NCBI GenBank assembly: GCA_963733195.1 | Contig: CAVTCR010000058.1 | Coordinates: 1-64,000, forward strand | DNA: 64,000 nucleotides | Reading direction: 5' to 3' | DNA from: an uncultured delta proteobacterium | GTDB lineage: Bacteria; Desulfobacterota; Binatia; Bin18 | Shown here: in pieces, positions 50,363-60,835 of the stretch | Numbering within the stretch: the first letter of the stretch is position 1 | Layout: every line of letters starts with the position of its first letter | Notes under the pieces: generated by a model | Told to the model about the DNA's origin: nothing | Databases searched by the model: none | What the model saw: only the letters and a program-made list of their open reading frames with translations | Program-made: the position numbers and the translations under genes

Positions 50363-51705
50363 CAATAGTTCGGACAAAAATCAGGCAGCAATAGCGCCGT
50401 AAGTTCTGAGTTCCTCATACGCGGGGTGATTTTTCACCCATGTGGGGTCGAGAGCTAAGTTCTCAATAAATACGTCGAGCAACCGTTCATTGAACTGCCG
50501 TTGTTTCCAACTGGCCATGGAGAAGACGTGGGGGAGCGAGTCGGTCTGGGCCCGCAGTTCCTCAGCCCGTGCCAGATTGAGGGTCGCCAGCGCCGCATTG
50601 AAATGAAAATCGAGGACCGTGGCGGCGCGCGACTGACAATCGGCGAGGCCCGTAAATTGTTTGCTATCGCGGAAGAGAAACTCGATCTGGAACCGCGCCA
50701 CGTAGAACTGCCCGAGTTTGTGGCCGTGCAGTTCCAGATCGGTGGAGGCCAAGACAATATAACGGGGCTTGTGAGGATCTTTGCGGTTGACGAGCACCAC
50801 CACGCGCAACTGGCGCTTGAGCGAGACGTGCCAGACCGTGGCGGTGTAGAGATGGACATGGGCATGCTCCTCCAGCGTCCCAAGGTCTTCGAAGCGATGG
50901 AGATCCTGAAAGTTGACCTTGCCCTCATACTTGCGCTTCGCGCCGCGGCGCTTGGGGTGGGGGCCGGTATAAAGGAAGCGACAATCCGCATCGGCACGCA
51001 GCTTCGTGATCGGGATGCAGTTGGAGGGCCACGACTTCATCAATATATTTCTTTTTCGCAAAGTAGCCATCCACGCAGTGATATTGAACCCGCTCGGGCA
51101 AGCGCGCCCGCTGGTCGTGCAGTTGCTGCTTGTAGAAATCAATGCGGGTCTCCTCCGCGGCCTGCGGGCTGCCTCGGGTTGTCCTCGCCGGGGGGCGTCT
51201 GCGCCACCGCGAGCGTGAACGCACACCGGCGCGTCACGTCCACCACTGCCAGCGTGGAAATTTCCAGCCCCCGTTCCGCCCGATTCGCACAGCCGTTGAA
51301 GAAGTGCCCCAGCCCGAACGTCTGTTTGCCACTCTTGGGAATAAACGAGGCATCCTGGGCCGAGAGGAGTTCCGAGCGGGGATCGAGCGCCGCCGTTAGG
51401 ACGCGCTCATGAAAGTCCGGCCACTCAAAAGACGCGCGGAACTGCCGCGCAATCGTGCGCTCGGAGTAGTCGCAGTATCGACTCAAATTCCGCCCAGTGA
51501 CACGCCCTCGCAGGGCCAGGATCGTAGCAAACAACATAACGAGAAACTTCCGTTGTGGTTGACGCACGGTCGGCATCTGCGCCAAAATGTCAGTGACAAT
51601 TGTCATCGGCCAGGAACCTCTTGAGAGGGAGTTGCACACTCACATTCAAGCAGTTCGTGGCCGTTTTCGTTAACCCCTTCCGCTCAAAATCTGTCCGAAG
51701 TATTG
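50363..51705 (-). mobile_element. IS4/IS701-like insertion sequence
   Basis: TIRs caatagttcggaca (50363-50376) and the reverse complement of 51692-51705, caatacttcggaca. GC-rich inside AT-rich flanks; no clear TSD. Confidence 0.88.
50381..51606 (-). CDS. DDE transposase (frameshifted)
   Basis: MTIVTDIL...NLSRYCDYSERTIARQF...QDASFIPKSGK, CVDGYFAKK and YVARFQIEFLFRDSKQFTGL. Confidence 0.85.
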
Positions 51706-51870
51706 TTACTAATTTTTAGAAAGTTTAGAAGCGAAAATTTGACGAAAATTTGACGAAAGTGGCGCTAAAATGCCACGTAGGTACAATGTGCTTTAGTTTG
51801 TCTCGTAGGCTACTTCTTCCTGACTTTTTGGGCAGAAGTTGATTCTGCCCAAAAAGTACCCTAAATATGC

Positions 51871-51912
51871 GACTTATTAGGCAAAGCACCCACTGGGAGA
51901 GGGCAGCACAGA
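51871..51912 (-). repeat. Right arm of the ~45-bp inverted repeat
   Basis: See 50100-50143. Confidence 0.85.
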
Positions 51913-51985
51913 CGTGAAGCGGTTGCGGCTGAGGATTGAAAAAGTCGAAATAGGGTAGATAGAACTGTCATTTGCCCTTTCATTA

Positions 51986-52155
51986 GGACTATGGAACAAA
52001 ACTTCTACAGCCTGGCATAAAGCCAAGGCGTCATTGCGAGCGGAGCGAAGCAATCTTTGCCCGCAAACGAGATTGCGTCGTCGCGTACCACTCCTCGCAA
52101 TGACAGCATTGCTTGCTTTGCTCCTCTGTGCGGTTAGGGTTTTGTCTCACGGTCC
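51986..52155. mobile_element. 170-bp MITE with TTA target duplication, carrying a palindromic REP
   Basis: 17-bp TIRs ggactatggaacaaaac and ggaccgtgagacaaaac (13/17 match), TTA on both sides, and internal gtcattgcgag...ctcgcaatgac. Confidence 0.6.
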
Positions 52156-52483
52156 TTAGGATGATCGTCTTTTATTTTAGTCCCATTTGTTCAAATAAAT
52201 TGAGACTTTAAGAGGAGAAAAACGAAAAAAAGAAACGATTTTTCTTGAGGAAATTATGCCTGATCAGGCATTTTTGTCCTATTGATCTTCTTTGGATTAG
52301 CTTGGACCTTTTTTGTGTCAAGGAGAGACTCAGGCATTGTTACCCGGTTCCCAAACTTGCTGATGAATCTTAAGCAAATAGGGTTTTGAAAAGACTCATA
52401 TTTTTTCAGTATAAAGAGATCAAGAACAGAGTACACGATGGTACCTTTTTTGCTCATCCCTCGGGCAGAGGTACGAAACTATT

Positions 52484-53029
52484 ATGAGTCAAGAAGTGCA
52501 GCGGCAGTGGTATGTTGTGTACTCTAAACCGAATCGAGAAGAATACGCTCAGTATCATTTACAACGAAAAGGAATTGAGGTTTTCTTTCCGCGATTACGG
52601 CTGCCAGTTTCTTCTGCAAAACAGCGGCAGGTAATCCCACTCTTTCCGAACTATCTCTTCGTGCAATTGCACATTCCTGCGGAATACTCCGCGGTTGTGT
52701 GGTGTCCAGGGGTAAAATGTCTTGTCAGTTTTAATGGTACCCCCGCACCCATCGATGACGGAATTGTCCAATTCCTGAAGGGCCAAGCAACGGAAGAAGG
52801 GATGATTGGTGCACACTCGAACCTAGCCGTCGGGCAAGAAGTGTGCATTACCGACGGACCACTCGAAGGTTTGAAGGGAATTATTAAGCAGCCTCCTGAC
52901 GCGAAGGGTCGCGTAAGAGTCTTAATGACGCTTTTGAATCGCGACCTCACTGTCACCGTGCCGATTGCTTACGTGCAGACTGGCTGGGTAGTAGATCAAA
53001 GAGAAAGTATGGTGCCGGTGGGCGTGTAG
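52484..53029 (+). CDS. NusG paralog (RfaH/UpxY-like transcription antiterminator)
   Basis: WYVVYSKPNREE, PLFPNYLFV and KOW GQEVCITDGPLEGLKGII. Confidence 0.9.
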   Translation: MSQEVQRQWYVVYSKPNREEYAQYHLQRKGIEVFFPRLRLPVSSAKQRQVIPLFPNYLFVQLHIPAEYSAVVWCPGVKCLVSFNGTPAPIDDGIVQFLKGQATEEGMIGAHSNLAVGQEVCITDGPLEGLKGIIKQPPDAKGRVRVLMTLLNRDLTVTVPIAYVQTGWVVDQRESMVPVGV

Positions 53030-53097
53030 TGCGAGTCCGCTGTGTCACTCAATGTGGATAACAGAACGACAGATATTGGAATGATGTGAGATCGCGA

Positions 53098-54213
53098 TTA
53101 GCCGCGATAAAATTCCTGACAGCACTGAACAACATGGTGCTGCTGGCTTTCCGTCAATTCTGGGTAGATAGGTAATGCCAATGTTTGACGGGCGGCGGTT
53201 TCTGCTTGAGGAAAACTACCCTGATGATACCCCAGAGAGTGAAAACATTCCTGAAGATGAAGCGGGTGAGGATAGTAGACTTCGGTTGCTACCCCATGTT
53301 CATGCAAAAACTGTTGTAGTCGGTCACGCTCAAGGCAACGTACCACAAACTGATTGTAAATATGGCCAGGAGTGTCTTCTGGTAGCGAGACATACTGACC
53401 TAGTCCGACCTCGTCAAAGTAACGTCGATATCGCTGTGCGTTTCTTCTTCTTGCTTCTGTCCAGGCGCGGAGATACTTCAGCTTCACGCGCAGGACAGCG
53501 GCTTGGATGGCGTCCAGGCGAAAATTCCCGCCGATGAGTCGGTAATAATACTTCCTTTCGCCTCCATGGACGCGTAGGAGGCGAAGACGCATGGCGAGAT
53601 TTGCGTTTCCAGTGATAATCATTCCAGCATCACCGAAGGCCCCGAGATTTTTACTAGGGAAAAACGAGAGACATCCAGCATAGCCGATAGTTCCCGCCTG
53701 TCGTCCCCGATCGTCTGTGGCGCCGATGGCCTGAGCCGCGTCCTCGATAACGGGAATGGCATAGCGAGTCGCGGTTTGCATCAACGTCTGCATATCGGCG
53801 CAACGACCAAAGAGGTGCACCGGAAGAATAGCTTTGGTGCGGGCCGTAATGCTGGGCTCTACGGCTTCAGCCGCAATGTTCAAAGTTTGTGGGTCAACGT
53901 CAACAAAAACTGGGCGTGCACCAACACGAGCGATAACCCCAGCGGTTGCAAAGAATGAATACGGAGTCGTGATAACCTCATCACCCGGACCAATCTGCAA
54001 GGCCATCAAGGTTGCTAAGAGAGCATCTGTCCCAGACGATACACCGACAGCAAAGAGAGACTCACAAAGAGTTGCTATCTCTGTCTCCAACGCCTCGACT
54101 TCTGGGCCAAGGATAAACTGTTGTGACTCGCAAACACGATCAAGAGCCGTGCGAATTTCGTCCCGGATCGTTCCGTATTGCTCTTTGAGATCGAGCAAAG
54201 GTACATACATCAT
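53098..54213 (-). CDS. DegT/DnrJ/EryC1/StrS sugar aminotransferase
   Basis: FILGPEV, SSGTDAL, IEDAAQAIG, SFFPSKNLG and NFRLDAIQA. Confidence 0.95.
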   Translation of the reverse strand: MMYVPLLDLKEQYGTIRDEIRTALDRVCESQQFILGPEVEALETEIATLCESLFAVGVSSGTDALLATLMALQIGPGDEVITTPYSFFATAGVIARVGARPVFVDVDPQTLNIAAEAVEPSITARTKAILPVHLFGRCADMQTLMQTATRYAIPVIEDAAQAIGATDDRGRQAGTIGYAGCLSFFPSKNLGAFGDAGMIITGNANLAMRLRLLRVHGGERKYYYRLIGGNFRLDAIQAAVLRVKLKYLRAWTEARRRNAQRYRRYFDEVGLGQYVSLPEDTPGHIYNQFVVRCLERDRLQQFLHEHGVATEVYYPHPLHLQECFHSLGYHQGSFPQAETAARQTLALPIYPELTESQQHHVVQCCQEFYRG

Positions 54214-54234
54214 CAGTAACTGCCTTTTGGTGTG

Positions 54235-55862
54235 TCACCGCTCGAGATAATTGGTTGTAGTTGTACCGAAGGGGGTGACATTGGTCAGGACCACTCCGAG
54301 GACATTGGCATGTACCGCTTGGAGTTGCCCAGCTATTCTATGAGCAGCAGCCATTGGGGTCTTATGGCCCCGTATCACGAGGATGGTCGTATCAGTCAGT
54401 TGTGACAAGAGTTCTGCGTCGCCGTAGGTTGTCGCCGCGGGCGAGTCAATCAACACACAATCAAACTGTCGCCGCAGAATTCTCAAGACCTCTTGCATTG
54501 TGCGAGAAACAAGCTGTTCTTCGGGGTCGGACCAGACTTGACCACCCGCAAGAAGAGAAAGTCCTTCTATGGTCATTGTCTGTATAGCTGTTTCAAGCAA
54601 TGCTTTGAGTTTCTGTGCATGACTCATGCTCTGCTGCTCATTGTTTTCCCCTCCCTGAGGGTGTTGGTGAGAGGAGACTTCAGCTTCAGCGTAGTTCTCT
54701 TCAATGTTCTTCTTCTTCGGCCGCGGGAAGAAGAAAGGACTGCACCCTCGAGAAGAACCTCTTCTTGCAAAATAGTTTCTGTATTCAGTGCCGCGATATA
54801 TTCGGCCTCAAGCTTGCTGACGATAGAAGCGAACTCCTGCTCTAGACGTTGCCGTGCGGTATTCTTGGCGGTACTCAGTTCACTGAGACGAGGGTGGGTA
54901 GAAGGAAGCGTTGCGGTGAGTCGTGTATGTTCGGTCTCGACTTTTGTAAAAGTAGCTCGGAGTTGATCCACCCGATCGCTTTTGATGATGGTTGCGAGCT
55001 GGGCGGTTTCTTTTCTCTCAGTCAAGCGGTAGAGGGTTTCAGTCTCAATTCGCATTGCCCTGGCGTTTGTGAGGTGCTGATGGGTTTCTAGAAGACGTTG
55101 GGCAGTCAGATTGTCTTTGCCTGGGGGGGAAACATCGACATGTTTGCTTCGGAACTGCTGCAGCGTTGCTTCTGCTCGAGTCAGGGATTCTCCTTGTGCA
55201 GCAAGGAGTTTACCAAGAAACTCTCTTCCTTCCGGAGTCAACTCAAAATTGGCCCTCTGTGCGGTACGGACGAAGGTTGTCGCATGAGCATCTGCGAGTT
55301 CTTGTGACAGTACAGGGTCAGGAGTAGTGAACGAAACCTCGGTCGAATAGGTATATGGGTCAGGTGTGACAGTGAGCAATTTGAGATAACGAGCAACAAT
55401 GGCCGACGAAATCTCCGAACTGACTTTCGCGGGATTCGAGAGACTAGAGTGGGAAGAGGGGGTCGCACCAACAAGAGAAGAGCTGGAGGTCAGTAAGACT
55501 TGGAAGCGATGGAAGAACCATGTTCCTAGACGCCAGAGTCCTATACGCTTCGTCTGCGCTGCAGCAAAAGCAGGGTTCGACTCGAGGTTAAGGCTGGTAA
55601 CAATCTGGGCTGCAAATTCGGGACTACGAAGCAAATCGATCTGCTGTTGATAGTAGCGATCCTGTGCATCTTCTGCGTCAAGGTTTTCGGAGAATTCTTG
55701 CGATGGTTCAATAAGGAGGAGCGTACTTGCGGTATATAATGGGACTTGGGAAGTGATCCAAATTCCTCCGAGAGTAACCGCAGCAAGTATTGTCAATCCC
55801 ATGAGCCGCCAACGATTGATCAATAAGGTCCAAAAATTCGGCAAGGTCCAAAAATTTGGCAA
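54235..55862 (-). pseudogene. Wzc/GumC polysaccharide co-polymerase/tyrosine kinase, frameshifted and internally deleted
   Basis: Wzz-like N-terminus (TM, PLYTASTLLLIEP) and coiled coils, then the late kinase region (VLIDSP..., VLGVVL). No second TM or Walker A is visible. Confidence 0.75.
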
Positions 55863-56126
55863 GTCCTATTCTCCCCTGGTTGAGGCGACGATAGCGCCCA
55901 CGTTTCCTAAGTGTCTACTGACACATAGGGCAAATTGCCCTTTCTTATTAATTCTAGCACAACAGGAAAAGGGCTTTACAGGTTTTCCTATTGTTTGATT
56001 GAACAGAGGGGAATTTCTAAGGGGTTGACGCGGACCGACGGAGTATCGTAATCAGCAGGGTAGAGAATGTGAAAAGATACTTCGTTGTTTGTTATTTTTC
56101 TGACCCCGCCTAGCAAAGGAGGCCTA

Positions 56127-57830
56127 ATGCAATACGATCTTCTCATAAAAAACGGGACTGTTATCGACGGTTCAGGAATGCCTCGATTTCGTGCTGATGT
56201 GGGTATTGTTCACGGGAAAATTGCTACTATTGGCAAGATCCGGGAAGGCGCAAAAGAGGTCATTGATGCCGAGGGACATGTGGTTGCTCCTGGTTTTATT
56301 GACGCGCATACCCATATGGATGCGCAAGTCTTCTGGGACCCACTAGGTACCTGTTCCTGTTGGCACGGGATTACGAGTGTCGTGATGGGGAACTGTGGGT
56401 TCTCGTTGGCGCCCTGTGGTGAAAAAGACAAATTGCTAGTGATGCGCAACCTCGAACGCGCAGAAGACATTGCGCCAGAAGCGATGGAAGCTGGTATTAA
56501 ATGGAGCTGGACAACGTTTCCTGAGTATCTGGATGCTGTCGATCGCTTACCGAAAGGCATCAACTACGCCGCCTACATGGGTCATTCTGCGTTGCGTACC
56601 TATGTCATGGGCGAGCGTGCTTTTACCGATACGGCGACGAATGATGACCTTGCCGCAATGAAACAGGAAGTTCGCAACGCCATTCGCGCTGGTGCTATTG
56701 GCTTTACGACTTCTCGCACCCGGAACCATCAAACCCCACAAGGACAACCAGTGGCCAGCCGCCTTGCAACATGGGACGAGGTGCAACAACTTGTTGGTGT
56801 GATGGGAGAGCTTGGCGCAGGAATCTTTGAAATTGCCGGTGAAGACACTGGCCTCAATCCTGACCGCATCAACGACTACCTTGGTCGGCTGAAAGCTCTC
56901 GCTTTGGAAACGGGAGTGCCAGTGACCTTCGGCATGTTCAGTAATCGTAAAGCTCCAGACTATTGGCGGCACTTTTACTCTCTTGCGCAAGAAACAGTTG
57001 CTGCTGGTGGCCGAATGTTTGTTCAGGCTCACAGTCGCTCATTGAATCTTGTTCTGTCGTTTGAGACTGTTATGCCATTCGATCGGTTACCCGTGTGGAG
57101 GGATATCCGTAAGTTGCCATTGGCAGAACAAGAAGCAGCGCTGCGCAATCCCGACCTGCGGCAGAAGCTGGTCGAAGCTGCGAGCCAGCGCAGCAATGAA
57201 CGGATCGTTGGAGCTGAAGCTCGTCCTGCGAATTACAAATGGCTTTTTGTGATGGACAAGGCGGACCCGCCACATCGCTCGGTGGCCGAGATTGCCGCCG
57301 CACAAAACAAACATCCCGTCGAGGTCATTATCGATCTCGCGCTGGCGAAGCACATGAAGCAATTCTTCCTCCAGCCGCTCGCGAATGAGAACGAAGAGCA
57401 TGCATTGGAGATGATCAAACATCCCCATTCTGTGGTGACGTTCTCAGACTCAGGGGCCCATGTATCGCAGATCATGGATTCTTCATTACAGACGCACCTT
57501 CTCAGTCACGTGGTGCGAGAGAAACAAAAAGTGACTTTGGAAGAAGCCGTTCGCATGCTCTCGCTTGTGCCGGCCTCATATTGGGGATTGAACGGGCGTG
57601 GTCTCTTGCGCGAAGGCTGGAATGCCGATGTCGTGATGTTTAACCCCGACACCATCGCGCCCATGATGCCGGAAGTGAGTTATGATTTGCCAGCCGGGGC
57701 TCGCCGCTTGAAGCAGAAAGCTACTGGTATTATGGCGACGGTAGTGAACGGAGAAGTCGTTCTCCGCAATAATGAACACACTGGTGCGTTGCCAGGGCAG
57801 TTGCTCCGAGGACCGTTAGCGCAACAATAA
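56127..57830 (+). CDS. N-acyl-D-amino-acid deacylase family amidohydrolase
   Basis: YDLLIKNGTVIDGSG, APGFIDAHTHMD, GNCGF and SDSGAH; SD AGGAGG. Confidence 0.92.
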   Translation: MQYDLLIKNGTVIDGSGMPRFRADVGIVHGKIATIGKIREGAKEVIDAEGHVVAPGFIDAHTHMDAQVFWDPLGTCSCWHGITSVVMGNCGFSLAPCGEKDKLLVMRNLERAEDIAPEAMEAGIKWSWTTFPEYLDAVDRLPKGINYAAYMGHSALRTYVMGERAFTDTATNDDLAAMKQEVRNAIRAGAIGFTTSRTRNHQTPQGQPVASRLATWDEVQQLVGVMGELGAGIFEIAGEDTGLNPDRINDYLGRLKALALETGVPVTFGMFSNRKAPDYWRHFYSLAQETVAAGGRMFVQAHSRSLNLVLSFETVMPFDRLPVWRDIRKLPLAEQEAALRNPDLRQKLVEAASQRSNERIVGAEARPANYKWLFVMDKADPPHRSVAEIAAAQNKHPVEVIIDLALAKHMKQFFLQPLANENEEHALEMIKHPHSVVTFSDSGAHVSQIMDSSLQTHLLSHVVREKQKVTLEEAVRMLSLVPASYWGLNGRGLLREGWNADVVMFNPDTIAPMMPEVSYDLPAGARRLKQKATGIMATVVNGEVVLRNNEHTGALPGQLLRGPLAQQ

Positions 57831-57858
57831 GACCACTATGTTGAGAATCTTGTGAGGT

Positions 57859-57890
57859 AGGGGCAGTCACATCGACTGCCCCTCTTTTTT
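57859..57890 (+). terminator. Rho-independent terminator
   Basis: aggggcagtc-acatc-gactgcccct-ctttttt. Confidence 0.75.
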
Positions 57891-57926
57891 CTTTTCCCTA
57901 AGTGGGAGAGGGAGAAGGTGCAGAAG

Positions 57927-58775
57927 TTACGCTCTGCGTCCAGCCATCGCTTCCAATCGTGCAATCCGCTCTTCCATCGGCGGGTGGGTGCTAAACCATT
58001 TTGCCCAGCCTCCGCCAAGCAACGGGTTGACGATGAAGAGGTGAGAGGTCTGCGGCGAGGCCTCCATTGGGATACGCTGTGACATCACTCCAAGCTTACG
58101 CAGCGCTGAGGCAAGACCACCTGGGTCACCACTGATTCGTGCTCCAGTCTCGTCCGCCCCAAACTCGCGTGTACGGGAAATCGCCATCTGAATAACCATC
58201 GCCGCTATCGGCGCGAGGATAATCATAATCATCATGCCAATAAAATTGCTTCCACCTTCATCATCATCACTTCTCCCGAATCCGAACATCGCCCCCCATT
58301 GCAACATGTTGGCAACGTGAACAATGACACCAGCGAGTGTTGCAGCAATTGTGCTGATAAGAATGTCGCGGTTTTTCACATGACCGAGTTCATGAGCAAG
58401 CACCCCGGTGATTTCCCGCTCGTCCATCATCCGCATAAGCCCTTCAGTCACAGCGACCGCCGCGTGACTTGGATTACGTCCGGTAGCGAAGGCGTTGGGG
58501 GACTCTGACGGAATAATGTACACCTTCGGCATTGGCATTTTTGCTGCCAACGTGAGGTTATGGACAATTCTGTACAGCTTCGGGGCTTCTGCCTCTGTTA
58601 CCTCGCGAGCACTGTATGCGCGAAGAACCATCTTGTCAGAGAACCAATAGGCGCCGAAGTTCATGACCAGAGCTATAACGAAGGCGATCGTCATGCCACT
58701 CGACCCACCCATGTAATTCCCCATCGCCATGATTACGCCAGTGAGAGCACCGAGCAAAAGCGTCGTTCGTAGCAT
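57927..58775 (-). CDS. htpX: Zinc metalloprotease HtpX
   Basis: [23 protein letters not shown] and FSTHPP. Confidence 0.95.
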   Translation of the reverse strand: MLRTTLLLGALTGVIMAMGNYMGGSSGMTIAFVIALVMNFGAYWFSDKMVLRAYSAREVTEAEAPKLYRIVHNLTLAAKMPMPKVYIIPSESPNAFATGRNPSHAAVAVTEGLMRMMDEREITGVLAHELGHVKNRDILISTIAATLAGVIVHVANMLQWGAMFGFGRSDDDEGGSNFIGMMIMIILAPIAAMVIQMAISRTREFGADETGARISGDPGGLASALRKLGVMSQRIPMEASPQTSHLFIVNPLLGGGWAKWFSTHPPMEERIARLEAMAGRRA

Positions 58776-58874
58776 AGTTTTTTCCTCCAATTATCAAATA
58801 GTTAAGACTGCTTTGGGGCTCTGTCAATTGGAAAACGGCAATAGGTTATAGAAGTCAAAGAACAGTTCTCAGAA

Positions 58875-59804
58875 TCAGGAAAACAAGTGGCTAATGAATA
58901 GTCCGACAATCAACAAGACTCCATACTCTAGGTGCGACTTTACTGTGTACATTAACGCTTCATTCAGATCTTCGACTTTCTCTGTGCCGAACGGAATACG
59001 TACAGCAGGGATGGCATGCCGTAACGCTATAAGCGTAAGCAGAACCGGCCAGGGGGCATAGCCGAAGAGGACCAACGCTACGGTAATCACAAAAGCACCG
59101 TACACTAATCCGAGCAATTCCCAGTTGGCGGCGTCGCGACCGATTACCGTAGCCAACGTGCTTTTCCCCCGCTCTTTATCCGACGGTAGGTCACGAATGT
59201 TATTAGCGTGAAGAATGGCAGCGACCAAACAGGCAACAGGAAGTGAGATCAGGAAAGACGTTAAGGTGAACATCTCTCGCTGAACAAAGTACGCGCCAAC
59301 GACGATTACCGGTCCCATGAAAATGAACACCGTCGCTTCACCCAGTGCAATATAGGCCAAGGAAAGCGGATTAGCGGTGTAAAAGTATCCGGCCAGAACA
59401 CTGATGAGGCCCAGGGCAAGAATTGGCCAACCACAGAGTGCAACGAGAATGAGGCCAAATACGCTGCCGATAGCAAAGGCGGTAATACCTCCCCAGAACA
59501 TTTCGTCAGCGGAGAGTAGGCCTCGTTGAATGACTTGACTCGGGCCGAGGGTTTCGGGCGTGTCTACGCCGTTCACATAGTCGTAATAGTCGTTGATCAT
59601 GTTGGTACCGACCTGGATAAACAACGAACCAAACAACGCCAAGAAAAATCGTCCCCAATGAAACGGTCCATCGATCGCGGCCAAGACCGATCCAATCAAC
59701 ACAGGTGTTACAGAGGCTGTAAAAGAGAAAGGTCGTGAGGCCTCAAGCCATACCCGCCAGCGGCTTGGGCCTGTGCCAGCGGTGAGGACATTGCCATACG
59801 TCAT
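58875..59804 (-). CDS. menA: 1,4-dihydroxy-2-naphthoate prenyltransferase
   Basis: ASRPFSFTAS, NDYYDYVNGVD and NNIRDLPSD...K.TLA. Confidence 0.88.
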   Translation of the reverse strand: MTYGNVLTAGTGPSRWRVWLEASRPFSFTASVTPVLIGSVLAAIDGPFHWGRFFLALFGSLFIQVGTNMINDYYDYVNGVDTPETLGPSQVIQRGLLSADEMFWGGITAFAIGSVFGLILVALCGWPILALGLISVLAGYFYTANPLSLAYIALGEATVFIFMGPVIVVGAYFVQREMFTLTSFLISLPVACLVAAILHANNIRDLPSDKERGKSTLATVIGRDAANWELLGLVYGAFVITVALVLFGYAPWPVLLTLIALRHAIPAVRIPFGTEKVEDLNEALMYTVKSHLEYGVLLIVGLFISHLFS

Positions 59805-59957
59805 AGTCCAGTTCCTCCAGTGCCATTATGATCGCCGCGGGTTGCTTCGACAAGTATATCTTGAGGATTGGGGGTGGAGAGAAATGTTTTTAGTGGTTGC
59901 CTTCTGGCCTTCTTTCGCTGTGAAAAACGAGGTAAACGCTTTCGCATGGAGGAACAT

Positions 59958-60404
59958 ATGTCGACTGAACCCATCGGACGTCTCGATCATGTTGCTATTG
60001 CTGTCCAGAGTATCGAACAAGCCCGCACGTTTATTGAAGGTTCTTTAGGGGCGAAGTTCCGCTACGTCGCTGAAGGACGTGGCGGTGGTTTCCGCTACGC
60101 TGTTTTTGATCTCCATGACTTCACCATCGAACTCATCGAGGGAACTGATTCCAAGAATTTCGTTTCCACGTTCATCGAAAAGCGTGGCGAGGGAGTACAT
60201 CACATCACGTTACAAATTCCTGGATTGAAGGAGAAAATTGCGTTTCTAGAGGGGAAGGGAATCAAAGTTGTCGATAAACGAGAAGATGGAGACCGGACAG
60301 TGGAAGCGTTCCTCTCGCCCAAGACTGCTTGTGGTGTCCTTTTCCAGTTGGCCGAGGAGCAACCTGCTCTCAACAATGAGCCGTATTGGAAACAAGAAAA
60401 GTAA
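59958..60404 (+). CDS. VOC family, methylmalonyl-CoA epimerase-like
   Basis: LDHVAIAV, IELIE, FIEKRGEGVHHI and AFLSPK..GVLFQL. Confidence 0.82.
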   Translation: MSTEPIGRLDHVAIAVQSIEQARTFIEGSLGAKFRYVAEGRGGGFRYAVFDLHDFTIELIEGTDSKNFVSTFIEKRGEGVHHITLQIPGLKEKIAFLEGKGIKVVDKREDGDRTVEAFLSPKTACGVLFQLAEEQPALNNEPYWKQEK

Positions 60405-60455
60405 AGAGATAGTGAACCATAGCCGCGTGTACGGCGAAACTGGGTATTGCCCCTG

Positions 60456-60560
60456 TCCTTCGACTTTACCGCTTCGCGCTTACGCTCAGGATGAGCGGCA
60501 TTTTTTCTCACAAATTTTCCGTCCGTTCACCCTGAGCATAGCGTTAGCGGAGTCGAAGGG
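60456..60560. repeat. REP doublet (cttcgac...gctcagg / cctgagc...gtcgaagg); a related single unit lies at 43681-43720
   Basis: Inverted pair read directly from the sequence. Confidence 0.6.
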
Positions 60561-60835
60561 TCGTATACCCTACCGTAAAGAAGATCTTTGCCCATCTCTA
60601 AGGACACCTCAGTGCCTGTTTCGTCGGGTTCCAGTGTGCTTCCGCGCCGCAAGCCGGGCACGAGTGCTTTGCGTGGGCGGTAATTGGGGGTTGGAACATA
60701 AAAGAATGAAGAAGGAAAAGTTAAGAATGAAGAAGGAAAAAACACAGAGCGTTGTTGATCTCATTTCCCTTTTTCAATTCTTCACTCTTCATTTTTAAGT
60801 CTTCATTGATTTCTCTTACTGACTACCGACTACTT

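Noticed and set aside
50501-51412. 303-aa plus-strand ORF
   Set aside because: Antisense shadow of the GC-rich transposase, with no recognisable motifs.
51759-51776. Sigma54 promoter gtggcgctaaaatgccac
   Set aside because: Spacing is GG-N9-GC on both strands, not the required N10.
50102-51910. Tn7/CAST transposon ends (TGT...ACA with repeated sites)
   Set aside because: No 5-bp TSD (tactc vs gacgt), the first repeated site is about 29 bp from the end, one right-hand site is in the wrong orientation, and there are no tns genes. Kept only as a generic MITE hypothesis.
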